A DNA stretch of 64,000 nucleotides, taken from assembly GCA_050084985.1 (NCBI GenBank), contig JBITNC010000002.1, forward strand, positions 2,976,001 to 3,040,000, written 5' to 3'. Position numbers and translations under genes: made by a program. Source of the stretch: Nageia nagi. Its lineage: Eukaryota; Plantae; Pinophyta. A model generated the notes under the pieces. It was not told the origin of the DNA. It did no database searches and saw nothing but the letters and a program-made list of their open reading frames with translations. Below, in pieces: positions 1 through 13,600 of this stretch (the stretch's first letter is position 1; every line of letters begins with the position of its first letter).

Positions 1-3000
1 CAAAGATTCATGGAGGGGGGGTCTAAAAAGATGATTACCCCATCTAGGACTTATGAAAAGATATTTTTGTAATGCCTCATCTGGAACTCATAACGAGATA
101 CTAGAAGAAGGGCTTAAAAATGGTGTATTTTTTTATTTCCTGACTTGTTTGCTTGATTCTTAGGTCAATGTTTTAAATTGACTTAGTCTCTTGAATAGTC
201 AAACTTGATGGGTCAAATCATAACTAAACCATGTTCTAATATTTTGTATTTGATGCATTTTTGAAAATAATTATGGTGTATACCAAAACGTAACTTGTGT
301 CTATCTCCATACTATATGTTGTTCATGGTAGTTTTGTGATGAGACTTTAGTTTGTCTTTGTATGCCTAAGCAAGTATATGATAGTAAGCTTATCTTATGT
401 ATACAATTGATTTGATTTTATTACTCTTTGTCCCAACAATGAGGTTACATGATGATCTTGTGCAAAAGGTGATCCCATGTTTTTAAATCATGTTCAATTT
501 CTCTAAGCTTGAATCATTTGTGAGATTCAATCTCTTTTAAACATGTTACTTTGTTCAATTTATCAAATAGGAAGCTTGCTCATTTTATTTTTGATACATC
601 TTGTTACCTCGTCAAGGATCTATGACAAGGCACCAAAAGAGGATTTTAAGAATTTTTGTGTGCATATATTGGTATATTTGTATGTATTTGTATTACCTTA
701 TCTAAAATTTATGACAACATGCTAGAAGAAGGGCTTACAAAATTTGTATTTTTTGTTTAATTTTGCATTTTGCAAACCTACAAATTGGTGAACCTAATTT
801 GAATTACAAACCCTAGAATTTTGATTTTAGGGCATTGCATTTTCTATGGAGTTTATTAATAAAAACCATAGGTTTTATTTGCTATGTGGTTGCATAAATT
901 TTATACAAAATCAGTGGATCATATTGCTTGAAAATCATTACAAAAACTAGGACTTTTATTTTGGAAAATTTTATTTTTGCATAAAACTATAGATTTTGGA
1001 GGTCATTTCAGAAATATTGATGAGTTATTACATTATAAAATCTTACCTTGCTTACGAATTATCCTTATCGAAATATATTGGTAATGCTTGAAGATCATAT
1101 ATCACATATAATTGCTTATTAATCATCTCTTAATGAATTATGCAAAATATCATGTGTTACATTGATAATCTTATATGGCATACTATATCCTACATATGTT
1201 ATATTATTTGTTGCTCTAGGTGTTATGTTACTAATGAGTAGTAAAGGTATAGTACTATATGGCATTTCATGTTGTAAATATTTGACCAACAAACAACTTT
1301 TGAAGGTAACTATGGTCACTCAAACTAATAAAAAGGCTAATGATATTATTTTTCTTACCTAGAATCTAATGATGTTATTTCTCTTAATAAACATTCTAAT
1401 GTTGCAATTTATATTAATAAAATTCTAAGTTCTTGCATAGATATTAAAAATGATGAAATTCATAGCATTATTGGTGATGATGTGACTATTGTTAATGATC
1501 ATATTTCCTTTAATAGTGATGATGCCAATGATAACCATGATAGTGATATGCAAACCGTAGAGAAAGTAGTTCTTAAAAATGATGATATACCAATCATAGA
1601 TGAATATGAGCATGATAGTAATGATGATAATGATAGTAATGATTACAAGGATGATAGCGATAGTCATGATGATTATGATATTGATACAAATATTGATTCA
1701 TTATCATATATAGATTAGGAAATTGATGTGAATGAGTATTTTGATATTACATTTAATAATTATCATTTGAAAGAAAATTAGAAAAACTCAAGGAACATAT
1801 GTTAGATGATGAAAGATTATTTATGATGTTTCTTTATGATAAGATTATTTGACTGTATTTTACCAAGAATATTGAAAAACTTGTTTCTCACCATGGTGAT
1901 CAAAATAATAACATAAATAGTGATAGAAAAAATAGTGTAAAAAATATTCATGTTCCAAATGTTATCAATACTAATGCTTTGCTTGAAGAAAAGAAACTCA
2001 AGGAAGAAAAAGATAAATTTTAAAGGTTGATTGACAATGATGTAGAATAAGGTAATTGATCACGATAAGAGCATAACATAAGGTAAGCTATTTGCAAGAA
2101 TTTCTTAGCACTAAATATCATATTGACTTTCATTCCTTACAACAATATGAAAATCTTATTTATCTTATATAATTTCTACAATATGCTAAAAAAATAAAAG
2201 GAAACCATTTAATGATTTACCATTTAGTGATATTGCTAGTAAAAATAATACTAATAATGTTGTTCAAGATGATAGGAACAATAGTCTTAATGTTATTAAT
2301 CATGACAATGATGGTGATTGGGGACCTTATTATCGATAATCTTACACCCAAAGTCTCATAGTCATGCATTATCATATAGGCATGCATCATATGAGTTTGC
2401 ATATCATATAACATATATTACATCATCATATAGGTTTGCATTATTATTATATTGCACATCATATAGTCAATCTATTACACAACATAGGGGAAATTGTAGT
2501 CTGACTTGGGGGCAAATGATGAATCAATGAGTATTAGTGGTATAGGTAGAATGAAAATTAGAATGTTTGGCTTCATAAATTAGACTATCAATTCCTCCCA
2601 GATAGAAAAATGGACTATTGGTAGTCCTAATTATATTATATTTTCAAAAATTGATAGAAAGGTTATGAGGATCAAAGTAGTTCAAAGGAAGATTCAAAGT
2701 GTTACCAATCGATATGTATCAGTTTGAGATTCAAAAAAGCAATAAATTAGTAGTCAAATGAGGATCATTGGCGATCCTCCCAAGGTAGAAAATGGACCAT
2801 TGGCAATCTGTTTTAGGTCATATTGTGAAATATGGGAAATGAAGATTAGATCAACACTATTTATGTACATTTATATCAAAATCAATCATATTAGCTTATA
2901 AATTTTTATGTTCAATTCAAGAAAATAAAAAGATGGTTAATCAATTTCAAAATCTTTAATGAGTAGTTATGTAGTTTTGTAGAACATAGATGAGGATTCT

Positions 3001-4005
3001 CAAAGTAATTATGGTTAATGAATTTGAAATTTTTGGAAAATATGGTAAAAAAGAGGATCATTGATGGTCCTTTCTACAAATTTTTAAACTGTTGGAAGTC
3101 TATTTTTTGGTAATAAAATAAAGTCAAAATTTTAGAGCTACATAGTAGTGATTGGGGCATTTCAGAATCAATATCAAAATGATCAATTACAAGAATCAAA
3201 CTCATATTTTAGAGATAATTATATTCAACATTAGATTCAAGTAACACATATCTTTTCTTAATATCTTCATCATGTGCTTATCAATGTGTTTATCATGAAT
3301 ATGTCTCCCTTATCAATATGCTTGTCATGATTAGAATCATATTTAGAATCTTGCTAAATAATGTGATTATAATATTTAGAATCTTGCATATAAATGGATT
3401 CTCGCTTGGAATCTTGTTTATCAACATGGTTATTATGTTTATAATTCTATTTATAACCATATTTTTCAGTGCGATTCTCATGTTTACTATTTGTTTATGA
3501 GTTTGTCAATGCTTATCTTATATTTATAATGAGTTTATTAGTGCTTATTAATGATTATTAGTTTATCAAAAACCAAAAAGGCAAGTTGGCCTTGGTAGAT
3601 ACCAAGGGAGGTTCTAGTCATGGGATGCCAAATGGAACGTTGGTGTTTTATACTAGGGCTTCTTGTTAGATCTTATTCTTGATAGCCATATGAGAGGGCT
3701 TCAAATACAGGGTATCAAATGAAATGTTGATGTTTTATGTTGAAGCATGCTTATCATTTAGAATCAAGAATCATATCCCACTCCTTAGTATCTACTTAGC
3801 ATAGTGATTTCAAGGGTGGTAGAAGTAGGAAAAGGACCACCATCGACCCATTTTTAGGCTACCATTGATCCTCTTTTCACACCTAATTAGTTTCCTATTT
3901 TAGGGAGAATTTTTTGAAAGGCCCATGAGATTGTTTTCAACTTCATACACATTTGTTTTATTAGAATACAACACTAGAATAAGGTATAATCATTTTTGTT
4001 TATCA

Positions 4006-4118
<113 letters not shown>

Positions 4119-6788
4119 CATCCTAAAAATTCATCTTGCTTCATTGACAAGGTTACCTAGATATTTTGGCATATATCATGTGTTACATTATCATGTTGGA
4201 CTAATGTGTGGTTTACAGGTCCTTCGATTAGACTGATCGATTCAGTCTTGGCCTTTTTATTTTGCTAACATCTTTGATCCCAGTCATTGAGATGATTTTG
4301 ATTGAGTATTCTAAAAGTCAATTGGCACACATTTCAAGCTTCTTCTTTGATTTTTGCACTTTGACCTATCTTAAGATCCATCCATCATTGATTAAAGCTT
4401 ATATCCTTTTATCTCAATTAGCAATTGCATTTGTATGACATATAGGCACTAATTAGGCTAAGTACATCCTAGAGTTTGACCTTTAAGCTCCAAACACCAA
4501 GGTTATCACATCTTTGTTGCTTTATTTATAATTCTTAGCTTATATCCATTGATTTTAACTTTGTGTTTGTGATCTACATTGCCATATATTATCATTTAAT
4601 TAAATATTTGCACATATTACTTGTATTTGTCAAATATTGAATGTCAATTATCAATTTATCATAGATCTACCATATTCATTTGTCAATTGCCATTGTCCAA
4701 GCTTTTATTATCAATATTTAATGAGTCTAGTATACATTAGCATCCTAGGCATTGACATATTTATGAGCATCAATTTAATTATGTACTAAGGGGATCTACA
4801 ACCTCGTAGAGTTGGGGTTCTACCTCATTTTGGACAATCATAAGGTCCAAAGGGCTTGTGATTTGAGGTCCCCTTTGATCTTTGTCATTTCCTTTTTAGA
4901 TCTTAGTACATGTTGGCATCATTGAAGACTAAAAACCATTTATAAACCTTTCTTTTATCATTTTATCACATCATAATATAGGAAAATTAGAATTGAATAT
5001 CTTGAATCTTGAAATACTAATGAGTGGTTTGAGTGTTTCATGTGTTGAGAATTATGAGGTGTTCATAATATATTATGGACATGGTCATCAATGACCTTAA
5101 TCAATAGATGGATGCACTCTACAGAATTAGAAAAACACTATGGGGCATTTCCATCCATGAATTTTTGGGTAGATGGTTATGTTTCCCAAGATTATTCATT
5201 GCATCATGCTTATCTCAATATTTATTATTAAGTTAGTAATGACTAAAAACATCCATATGTATGACAATAAATCTAAGCTAACATATCTTTATAAGCATGT
5301 ATGATCAAGAAAAAAATGTTGGGTGAGCATTGGTATTTTGATAGAGTATTATCTTGCAAGTTATGTTTACCTTGAATCCTCCTTTATTGCCTTGTCATGA
5401 AAAACATCCAAGTCAAAAAGGGGGCATGGAGTTAGCGATCATCATAGAGCGAAATCATTAAAAAAAATAGGGAAGTTTTTCTTTATGTTTTACATAAATT
5501 TAATTTATTTAATTAGTTAAAATATTTAAATAACTATTATTAAGATATTTTATGTTATTTTATTATTAATAATATTATACTCATCATAATTTATAAGAGT
5601 GCACTAATTTGTGTCTTTTTTGTAGGTAATATGAGACCCAAGGAGTGGGCACTGAACCAAGTAGTGGGTTACATAATCAAGTTCCCTATATAACCAAGAT
5701 CCACATAAGTCCACCATCAAGATAAATCTGGATAACATATTATGAGCTTGATAGTGGCATATACATTTTTAGGTGTTCTTCAACACCACCTTATCAAGAT
5801 ATGAATTTGTATACTTTAACTATCTTATGTGAGTTATCATATTATTATTGCATATTATCTAACATTCATGTAGGCTTGCAAGATAACAAACTTGATCAGA
5901 ACTTTAGATTCCTCCAAAAGAGGATTGTTGATTATTTGTTTGAGGATTGGTGATGACCTATTTTGCCCTAAGTGGATTGAAAATAGTTTATTTATGATAG
6001 ATTGATGAGTTGTGATTTTTGTGGTATTTTCATCTAGTTTTCCTTCATCCATGCCCTATTTTATTTAGTATGTAATAGGTAAGTACAATAGGTAAGTATT
6101 CAAATCTCCATCTTGATAGGATTTGGTTTATTCCATATTAAATATCATTTATTTATGTTATTATTTATCTTTAGGCATTTCAATCTAAGTAGATTTTGGG
6201 GATTGTATTTATTATTTAATTACAAAAATTTCCCATTTTCCAAACCTATAATTACTTATTATTTCACCTACCACTTGTCTCTTTCTATTGATTAAACATT
6301 AAGGATTAGATGACTAGCAAATATTTTTGCTAGGTGAAGGTGAGTTTCTATGGGAATGTGGACATTGGCTTTTTAAATATTTTGATATTCTGTCAAGCTA
6401 AGTTAATTTTGAAAAGAAAAGATCTAATTACTAGTAGAGTAGTGAAGCTTGCAAGATTAAGACACTTAGCAATAACTTATTTATTTGTTAGGCATTTAAC
6501 TTTTGTTAGCGGATGCTTTGAAGGTATTATGGCTAATGGTAGATAATTGTGATCCTCGATACGATAATAGCTAATATGGAATGTCAAAATAAAAATATCA
6601 GCTTAAAGATTTTAAAATATATAAGGTTAATTTTGAAGCTAAGGCTAATTATTTATATTGCTATAAGTATGGTATTTTATCAAGGTAATTTTACAAAAAT
6701 GGGTATGTTGAATTTCAAATGAAATTTGAAAATCCCAATAGTACTCTAGGATGGGGGTGATCAAAATTTGTCAAACTATGATGATGGA

Positions 6789-9700
6789 TGTATTATTTGA
6801 TATAGCAAGAATAAAGCAATTACAATATTTTTTCAACCTAAGGAGTTTGTATTTTTACTATCTCTAATAGGGTTATTTCAGATGACTCCAGGGCCTCACC
6901 AATCCCAAAAGTAGTGAGACAAGACCAAGTCTTCTCTATAGCAATTGTGATGGAACCAATAATGTTCCTCTTAATATGGCTAGAGCAAGTTCAAGGGTAG
7001 CTTCCTATTCTCTCGATACCTCAAATGCAGGTCACCCTACAAGTGGAAATGATAAAGTCTCTAATTAACCCTAAATAAAAGGGTTTAATATCAAATTCAA
7101 CATATTTCATAATGGCTATGAGTTCTCCTTTTATAACAGAGGGTGATTATCTTCTAATCTTGAATTAAGATGATATGATGATGGAGAGATGTGATCTGTG
7201 TGCTCATGTATGCAACGTTCAAGATGGGGAGCCTTTGGATGGATGAAATCATATCTAAGGGATAGGAATGCCAATGTCCAAGAGGGGATGATATCGAAGC
7301 ACCTCATGATTAGTGCCATAAGTACATGTGCCTAGGAGGGCCAATGTGGGATCTTGGGATACTCACATGTACAACATCCATGTTTAAGGATCATCCACTT
7401 ATCTCGAGATTGCTAATGCCTTATTCGAAGTACCATGGCCATACTTGGAGCTCCAAATGATCCTATAGTCAATGCAATCACCTAGGGGGATGGTTTACCT
7501 TGAAGAGGGAAGCACTAATTACTAGAGATACATTTAATGCTAATATTACAGTCATTAAGGCTAAAATATGCAACACTTTATTTAATGCTACTAATATTGC
7601 ATTTACAATTATAATTACCTTAGTATTACAAATACAACATTTATTGGTATTTTAGCAATTAACTAAATAAAAGTAAATAAATAAAAGGGTCAATTACCCC
7701 ATAATTAGAGCTTTATTAAGTCTCTAAGTATAATTTACAATATTTTGACCAAATTATATTAAAATAGATAAAATCACTCCTAAATTAATGTTCCCATTTA
7801 TCAGAGGTGAAATACGAAAAACACCCAAAAAATGGAGATATTACAAGTATTCCCTCTCCAACTTGCTTATCCCCAAGCAATTCATAGCATTCCTCAATCC
7901 AAAACCAAGTATACCATTCCTCAATCTGAAACCAAATATATCATTCTATTTTGGTTTCAATGAAAGTTCTTCCTACTTCCATGGTGCTATTCTAGTATCA
8001 AAGATAGTCATGTGTACAAAGAGTGCCATCAATAAGATTCCAATTCCTTGACACCATGCAAGGATGCCAAGAAATATCATAAAGTAACCACATTGCACCA
8101 AAGATACCTTCTAAAACTATTTTCAAACTATGTATTTAATATATCTCCATTCAAAATATGCATGATCTATAGTGGAATAATTTCTACAAGCTTATGCTAA
8201 TACTTCTTCACACAATTCAACCATATCCTCAATATTTTCTATATTTTCAAATGCTTTACACAAGCCTGATGTATTATGAACAACAATAATATGTGCACCC
8301 TAATCTTGTAGGATTTCTCATGAATAATTTTCTACTTTTCCAAAACCTTTGTGGTCACCCCAACTAAGCTTGGGCAAGTCTAATAGATTTTAATCATGTA
8401 ATGTTTCATGTCTATAATCTTCAAATATATCATCCATAACATTTTCACTTCATCCACAAGCAATATTATATTATTTCCAAAGTGTGTAATCATGGTCATC
8501 GTATGTATTTAAAATATTATTGTTATTAAGTTTAGAATTACCACCATACCTTAGAAATATTTTCTCTTGAGTGTTCTGTGATCCCTTATAATGCAAATGT
8601 TGCTTCCGTAAGGGGATAATATCTTCATGAATATTCATATTATCATAATGAATAATATATTTATCCTCTCTCTTATTTTGGTGGTCATTGTCTTAAAACC
8701 TCTTTAGGTCCTAAAAAAAATACGAAAGGATTTTGAGTATCCTTCACATTCATCATTGGCATCATCATCTTCTTGACTAGATGTATCTTCATTAACATTA
8801 ATCTCATCAACACTTTTCTTGAGTAGTCTTTCATTGCTATGCCATTCCAAAAATTGAAAAAAAAGAAATTGATTCTTTGAAGAACTTTGATCTTGAGTTG
8901 TATTCCATTAATAGCTCTTCTTCTATCTTAATTAGTAGGTCCAGTCTTCATTCTACATGGTGAATAACTTGATGAAGAGGCACTTTGACTCTTTTAATGC
9001 TCTCCAGATGGGATGTGCAATATTCAAGAGTATGAGTGCATCCATGATCATTATCTGGATTGAAATATTGATGGGTTAAGTTCCAATCCATCATTTTGGT
9101 ATAAATTTTTCCCAAAATTTACTGCATAGTAAAATATATAATTCCAAAAATACACCTTATCACTCCTAATTTTAATTTGCTTATCAAATTAAAATAATAA
9201 AAATTTCTTATAACTTCTAAAATAAAATATTTTTGCATTTTTTTCAAATATCTCTCTTTTTTTATTTCCTTATTTCTCCTAAAAATAAAATAAAATATTT
9301 CTATATTTTTCTCCTTATTTATCCTACTAAAAAATAATTAAAATATGAAATATTCAAACTACTCAAACTTGGAATTTTGGTCCTGCCATGATGGATGAGC
9401 TAAGCAAATCTTGAACCTATGGGTTATGGGCCCAAAGAACAACTTTGAATTGGGGTGTTTCCTATTGAAGCTCAATGTCCACTCACACAAGTTGAATAAT
9501 GCCAAGTTAATTCCAAATTTTGAAATTTGTTCAAGATACCAATTGTTCAACCTTCAAGGGATGAATTTTTGTAAGCTCACAATAAATAGAGCTTCCTACA
9601 CTTCCAACATATCATTTTCAACCTCAGATTTTGGTTACATCAGTAAAATGGATTTAAAATCTTCTTCTTAGGATTCCATGGTGCAGTCACCACCGTGAAA

Positions 9701-12700
9701 TTTAGTTAATATCAACAAATCGACTCTCCTATTTTCTAATGATCTCCTTCCAGTGACTTGTAGCTCCAAATTTTCCGAAAAATAATGACTAGTATTTCCA
9801 ATGATCCTACCAAATTATCAATACTTATATTCCATAATGAAAATGAGTTAATACTTATAAGTAATATTGCTTATGATGCATCATCAACTCCCAATCGGTC
9901 TCAATGACCTAAAGTCCCACTTTAAGCATCTTCAAAATATAATAAAGGTTTTGAAAAACCCTCTAATAGCTCAACATCTGACCTCTATTGGCTTCTAAAT
10001 ACAATAAGAATGCCAAAAACCCCTCCAAGCCTTCAATGTTTGACATGTAATAGACTTAGAAAGCCTACCTATCTTTAAAATAACCCTCAGTATGCCATTT
10101 TTGCTTCAAGATGATCCTAAAATGCAGCTCAAACTTTAACATCTTCCTTAGTATGCTAATGTTCACCTCATGACTGCTCTAAAATGCAAATCAATATTCA
10201 TAAATACCCTAAACTACTAATGTTTGGCTTAGGGAACCCTTAAAATGTAGAAAGAGCCTCTAAAATCACTTCAATATGTGAATGTTTTGCCTTAGGTGGT
10301 CTCGTAAAGTAGAAATAACCTCAAAACTCATCCAAGATACCTACATTTGCCTTCAGGTGGACTCTAAATGCATAGTGAACCTTCAAAAAACACTCAAAGC
10401 ACCAACATTTATCTCCCATAGAGCTCAAAATGCAAAATGAAGCTCAAAAATGCTCTCAATAATGTAATGTATGGCTTTAGGTGACCTAGAAATGCAACAT
10501 CTAGCCTCAAATGGTCTAGGAATACAACTCCAAAACTACCCTCATAAATGCAATGTCTAGCTTCAGGTGGGTTCAAAATGCAACTTTAGGCATAAAAATT
10601 CCCTTAAAATACCAACATCCTTCTTGCGAAGGCCTTGAAACATTGAATGGGCCTCAAAATGGCTCCCATAATACCAATGTTTCCTCTATGTTGGTCTAAA
10701 ATGCCAATGTTTAGCTCAATATAAGCTTAGACTCTCCAGATAAACCCTTATTCCTCCCTCGAACTCGAAATAAATCGAAAGCGAATTTCAACTTGAAATT
10801 AACATGCAAATTTTTTTGAAAGTGTACCTTTTTAAGCTAGTGAACCTTTTTAATGCTTCAAAATTCAAAATTAAAGTTAAAAGATGCCTAATGACTTGCC
10901 ATAAGGATGAGATAGGGCTCCTAGATCCCTAATGACCTACTTCAAATCTCTAGATCCTCCAAAAACTCCTTTGAAATAACCATTATGATGTTAGGTCAAC
11001 TCCACTCTTCAACAGGACAACAAGATCTCTCAACAAGTACCACCGTGAGCATTATGATCCTAAAAAATATCACAATGAGTCTCCTTCATCTTCTCCAACT
11101 CCTTAAGAATCACCTTCAATAGCAACTCCTCAACTCTTATCCAGTAGCAAGGGTAAGATCTCCAACTTCTTTAGAAAATCTTTCATGTGTGATACCTCTA
11201 TGATGTGGGTATCACAATTCTCCAAACTCTCTTCAGCTCCAACTTGAAACCCTTTATGAATGATGCCCTTGATTCCAACATGATGGTAGAATCAAGGCTC
11301 TAATACCATTGTGATGAATCATTTTAGGGCTCATTCCTCAAGCATTCCCTAGGAGAGGGACATTTGGCTTCTAACTCTCAAACTGACCAAAACAAGCTTA
11401 AACTTGCACCAAATATCCAATGACTTGCTAGGAATTAAAAAATAAAATCAAACTTACAAAAAATACCCTCAAACCCAACATCTAGCTACGATGAGCAAAT
11501 ACAAAATTAATGTAAGAAAATCTCTCCAATATTCAAATGACTTGATCGAAAAGCAAAATGGTACTTCAATAGTGCAAAAATGCTCCACAAACCCAACACC
11601 CTAGTTGGAGAGCCAAAACAAATGTTAAGCAATGAAAATATCACTCTAGATGCAACATTGCACTAGGAGGAAAAATAGAGATTCCAAGGAATACAAAACT
11701 ACTCCCAAAATCAACGTCTAAGCATAGAGAGAGAAATAGCAATATTTCGACAAAAGAATGTAATTGTATTTGATATAGCAAGAATAAAGCAATTACAATA
11801 TTTTTTCAACATAAGGAGTTTGTACCAAGACTATCTCCAATAGGATTATTTTGGATGGCTCAAGGGCCTCACCAATCCCATAAGCAATGAGGTAAGACCA
11901 AGTCTCCTTTACAACAACTATGATGAAACCAATAATGTTTCTCTTAATATGGTTATAGTAAATTCAAGGGTAGCCTCCTATCCCTTCAATACCTCAAAGG
12001 CAAGTCACCCCATAAGTAGAAAAGATAGAGTCTCCACTCAATCTAAAATAAAAGGGTTTAATATCAAATTAAGCATATCTCATAATGGATATGAGTTATC
12101 CTTTTATAGGTGAGGATGATCATCCTATAATCTTGCATTGAGATGATCCAATTATGGAGAGATGTGATCCATGTGCTGATGTATGCAACGTCCAAGATGG
12201 GGAGCCTTGGTATGGATGAAATCACATCTAAGGACTAAGAATACCAACATCTAAGAGGGGATGATATCGGAGCATCTCATGATCAGTGTCATAGGTCCAT
12301 GTACCTAGGAGGATCAATGTGGTGTCTTGGGATGCTCACATGTCCAATGTCCATGCTTAAGGGTCATTCACTTGCCTTGAGATTGCAAACACCTTGTTCG
12401 AAGTGCCACGTCCATCCTTGGAGCTCCAAATGACCTCGTAGTCAGTGTAATCACCTAGAGGGATGCTCTACCTCGAAGATGGGAGAACTAATGATAGAGA
12501 TACATTTAATATCAATATTACAATCACCAAGACTAAAATATGCAATAACTCATTTAATGAGATTATATTGCATTTACAATTATAATTATTGTGGTATTAC
12601 AAATACAACATTTATTAGCATTTTAGCAATTAACTTAATAAAAATACATAAAAGGGAAAATTATCCTGTAATTAAATCTTTTTTAAGTCTTTATATGGAA

Positions 12701-12811
12701 TTTACAATGTATTGGCCAAATTCTACTATAATAGATAAAATCACTCCTAAATTAATGTTCCATTTATTAGAGGTGAAATGGGAAAAGCACCCAAAAAAAG
12801 GGGACATTACA
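6789..12811 (-). mobile_element. Old non-autonomous LTR retrotransposon (family A), probably Gypsy-type, no recognisable pol
   Basis: Direct repeats 6789-7845 and 11759-12811 both end ...TTACA. The full right LTR is 11310-12811 (TGTGATG...ATTACA). The tRNA-iMet PBS reads gctctaatacca at 11297-11308 on the plus strand. A pyrimidine tract (minus-strand PPT) follows 7845. The left LTR is truncated by ~450 bp, so no TSD is recoverable. A faint gag-like remnant (LPKLSWGDHKGFGKVEN) lies near 8330-8380. Confidence 0.8.
9900..10730. repeat. Degenerate tandem array, period ~61 bp, inside the family A element
   Basis: Recurring aatgttt.gc.tt.ggtgg..ct.aaatgca....cctcaaaa-like units fall at nearly the same column in consecutive 60-bp lines. 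Confidence 0.65.
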
Positions 12812-12899
12812 TCGTATTACCATAACTAACATAAGAGAGAGTACCTTGGGTAAGGGAGAGAATGGGTATGTAGGCTTAAATTAACATGCTTATATAAAA

Positions 12900-13600
12900 G
12901 TAGGATAACTTGGTTGAGCAGGTGGCTAGTTTGAATAGCAAGAAAAACTTGGTAGTGGCTACAAGTGATGGCCTACAAACAAACTTAATTGGATGAATGA
13001 GAAAATTATTAGACTTGGTGAGGCAAGGTAGCGATCAAATACAACAGACATACGATGCCTTATAGTCTTAGGTGGAAAAGATGCATGTTGAGTCCTAAGA
13101 AGTAGGGGGAGGTGTTAGGACTATAGAGTTAAGTGGATCTTCTTTAGTCCCATGTAGATGGATTGAAGAAGAGCTTACAAGTGAATATTAACAAGATGCC
13201 ACTCTATATGAGCCAAATGTTGGAGCATGAATTCCCCATTCCTTGTTTGTTAACTCATCATATTGTCTCTTGAAATGTTATACCTAACATGGGTGCTTCC
13301 TTAATAATGCAAAAAATGAAACATACAATACATCCAACAATATCACATGCCTTACATGCAATATCATTATGGGGAGTCCAATTAGTGTCTTAGGAGGAAC
13401 ATGATGAGGGTGAAGATAGAGGGATTGGAGATGATAATCATCTAAGGGGTGGGATGAAGAATTAAGCATAGGTAGGTCCTAATATATGTGGGACACCTAA
13501 TTAGAGATGAGATATTGATGATGATGGATAGGGTGGAGTGAGTTCCTCATGCTTGCAAGAAAGACATTGCCCCATCATCTAGGGTAACTTTACATTTATA
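12900..13600 (+). mobile_element. Possible 3' end of a decayed Gypsy element (PPT plus LTR start)
   Basis: Purine tract agaagtagggggagg is directly followed by TGTTAGG near 13100-13120. A faint chromodomain-like remnant lies upstream. Boundaries are uncertain. Confidence 0.3.

Noticed and set aside
100-757. Short direct repeat ctagaagaagggctta...tgtattttt at ~100 and ~722
   Set aside because: Too short and lacking structure to define an element.
1425-1718. Asp/Asn-rich ORF and hydrophobic antisense ORF
   Set aside because: A low-complexity GAT/AAT-rich tract, probably decayed TE interior, with no domain or splice evidence.
5414-6330. PPT (aaaaagggggca) followed by a possible LTR starting at ~5427
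   Set aside because: No second LTR, clear end or TSD could be identified in the window.
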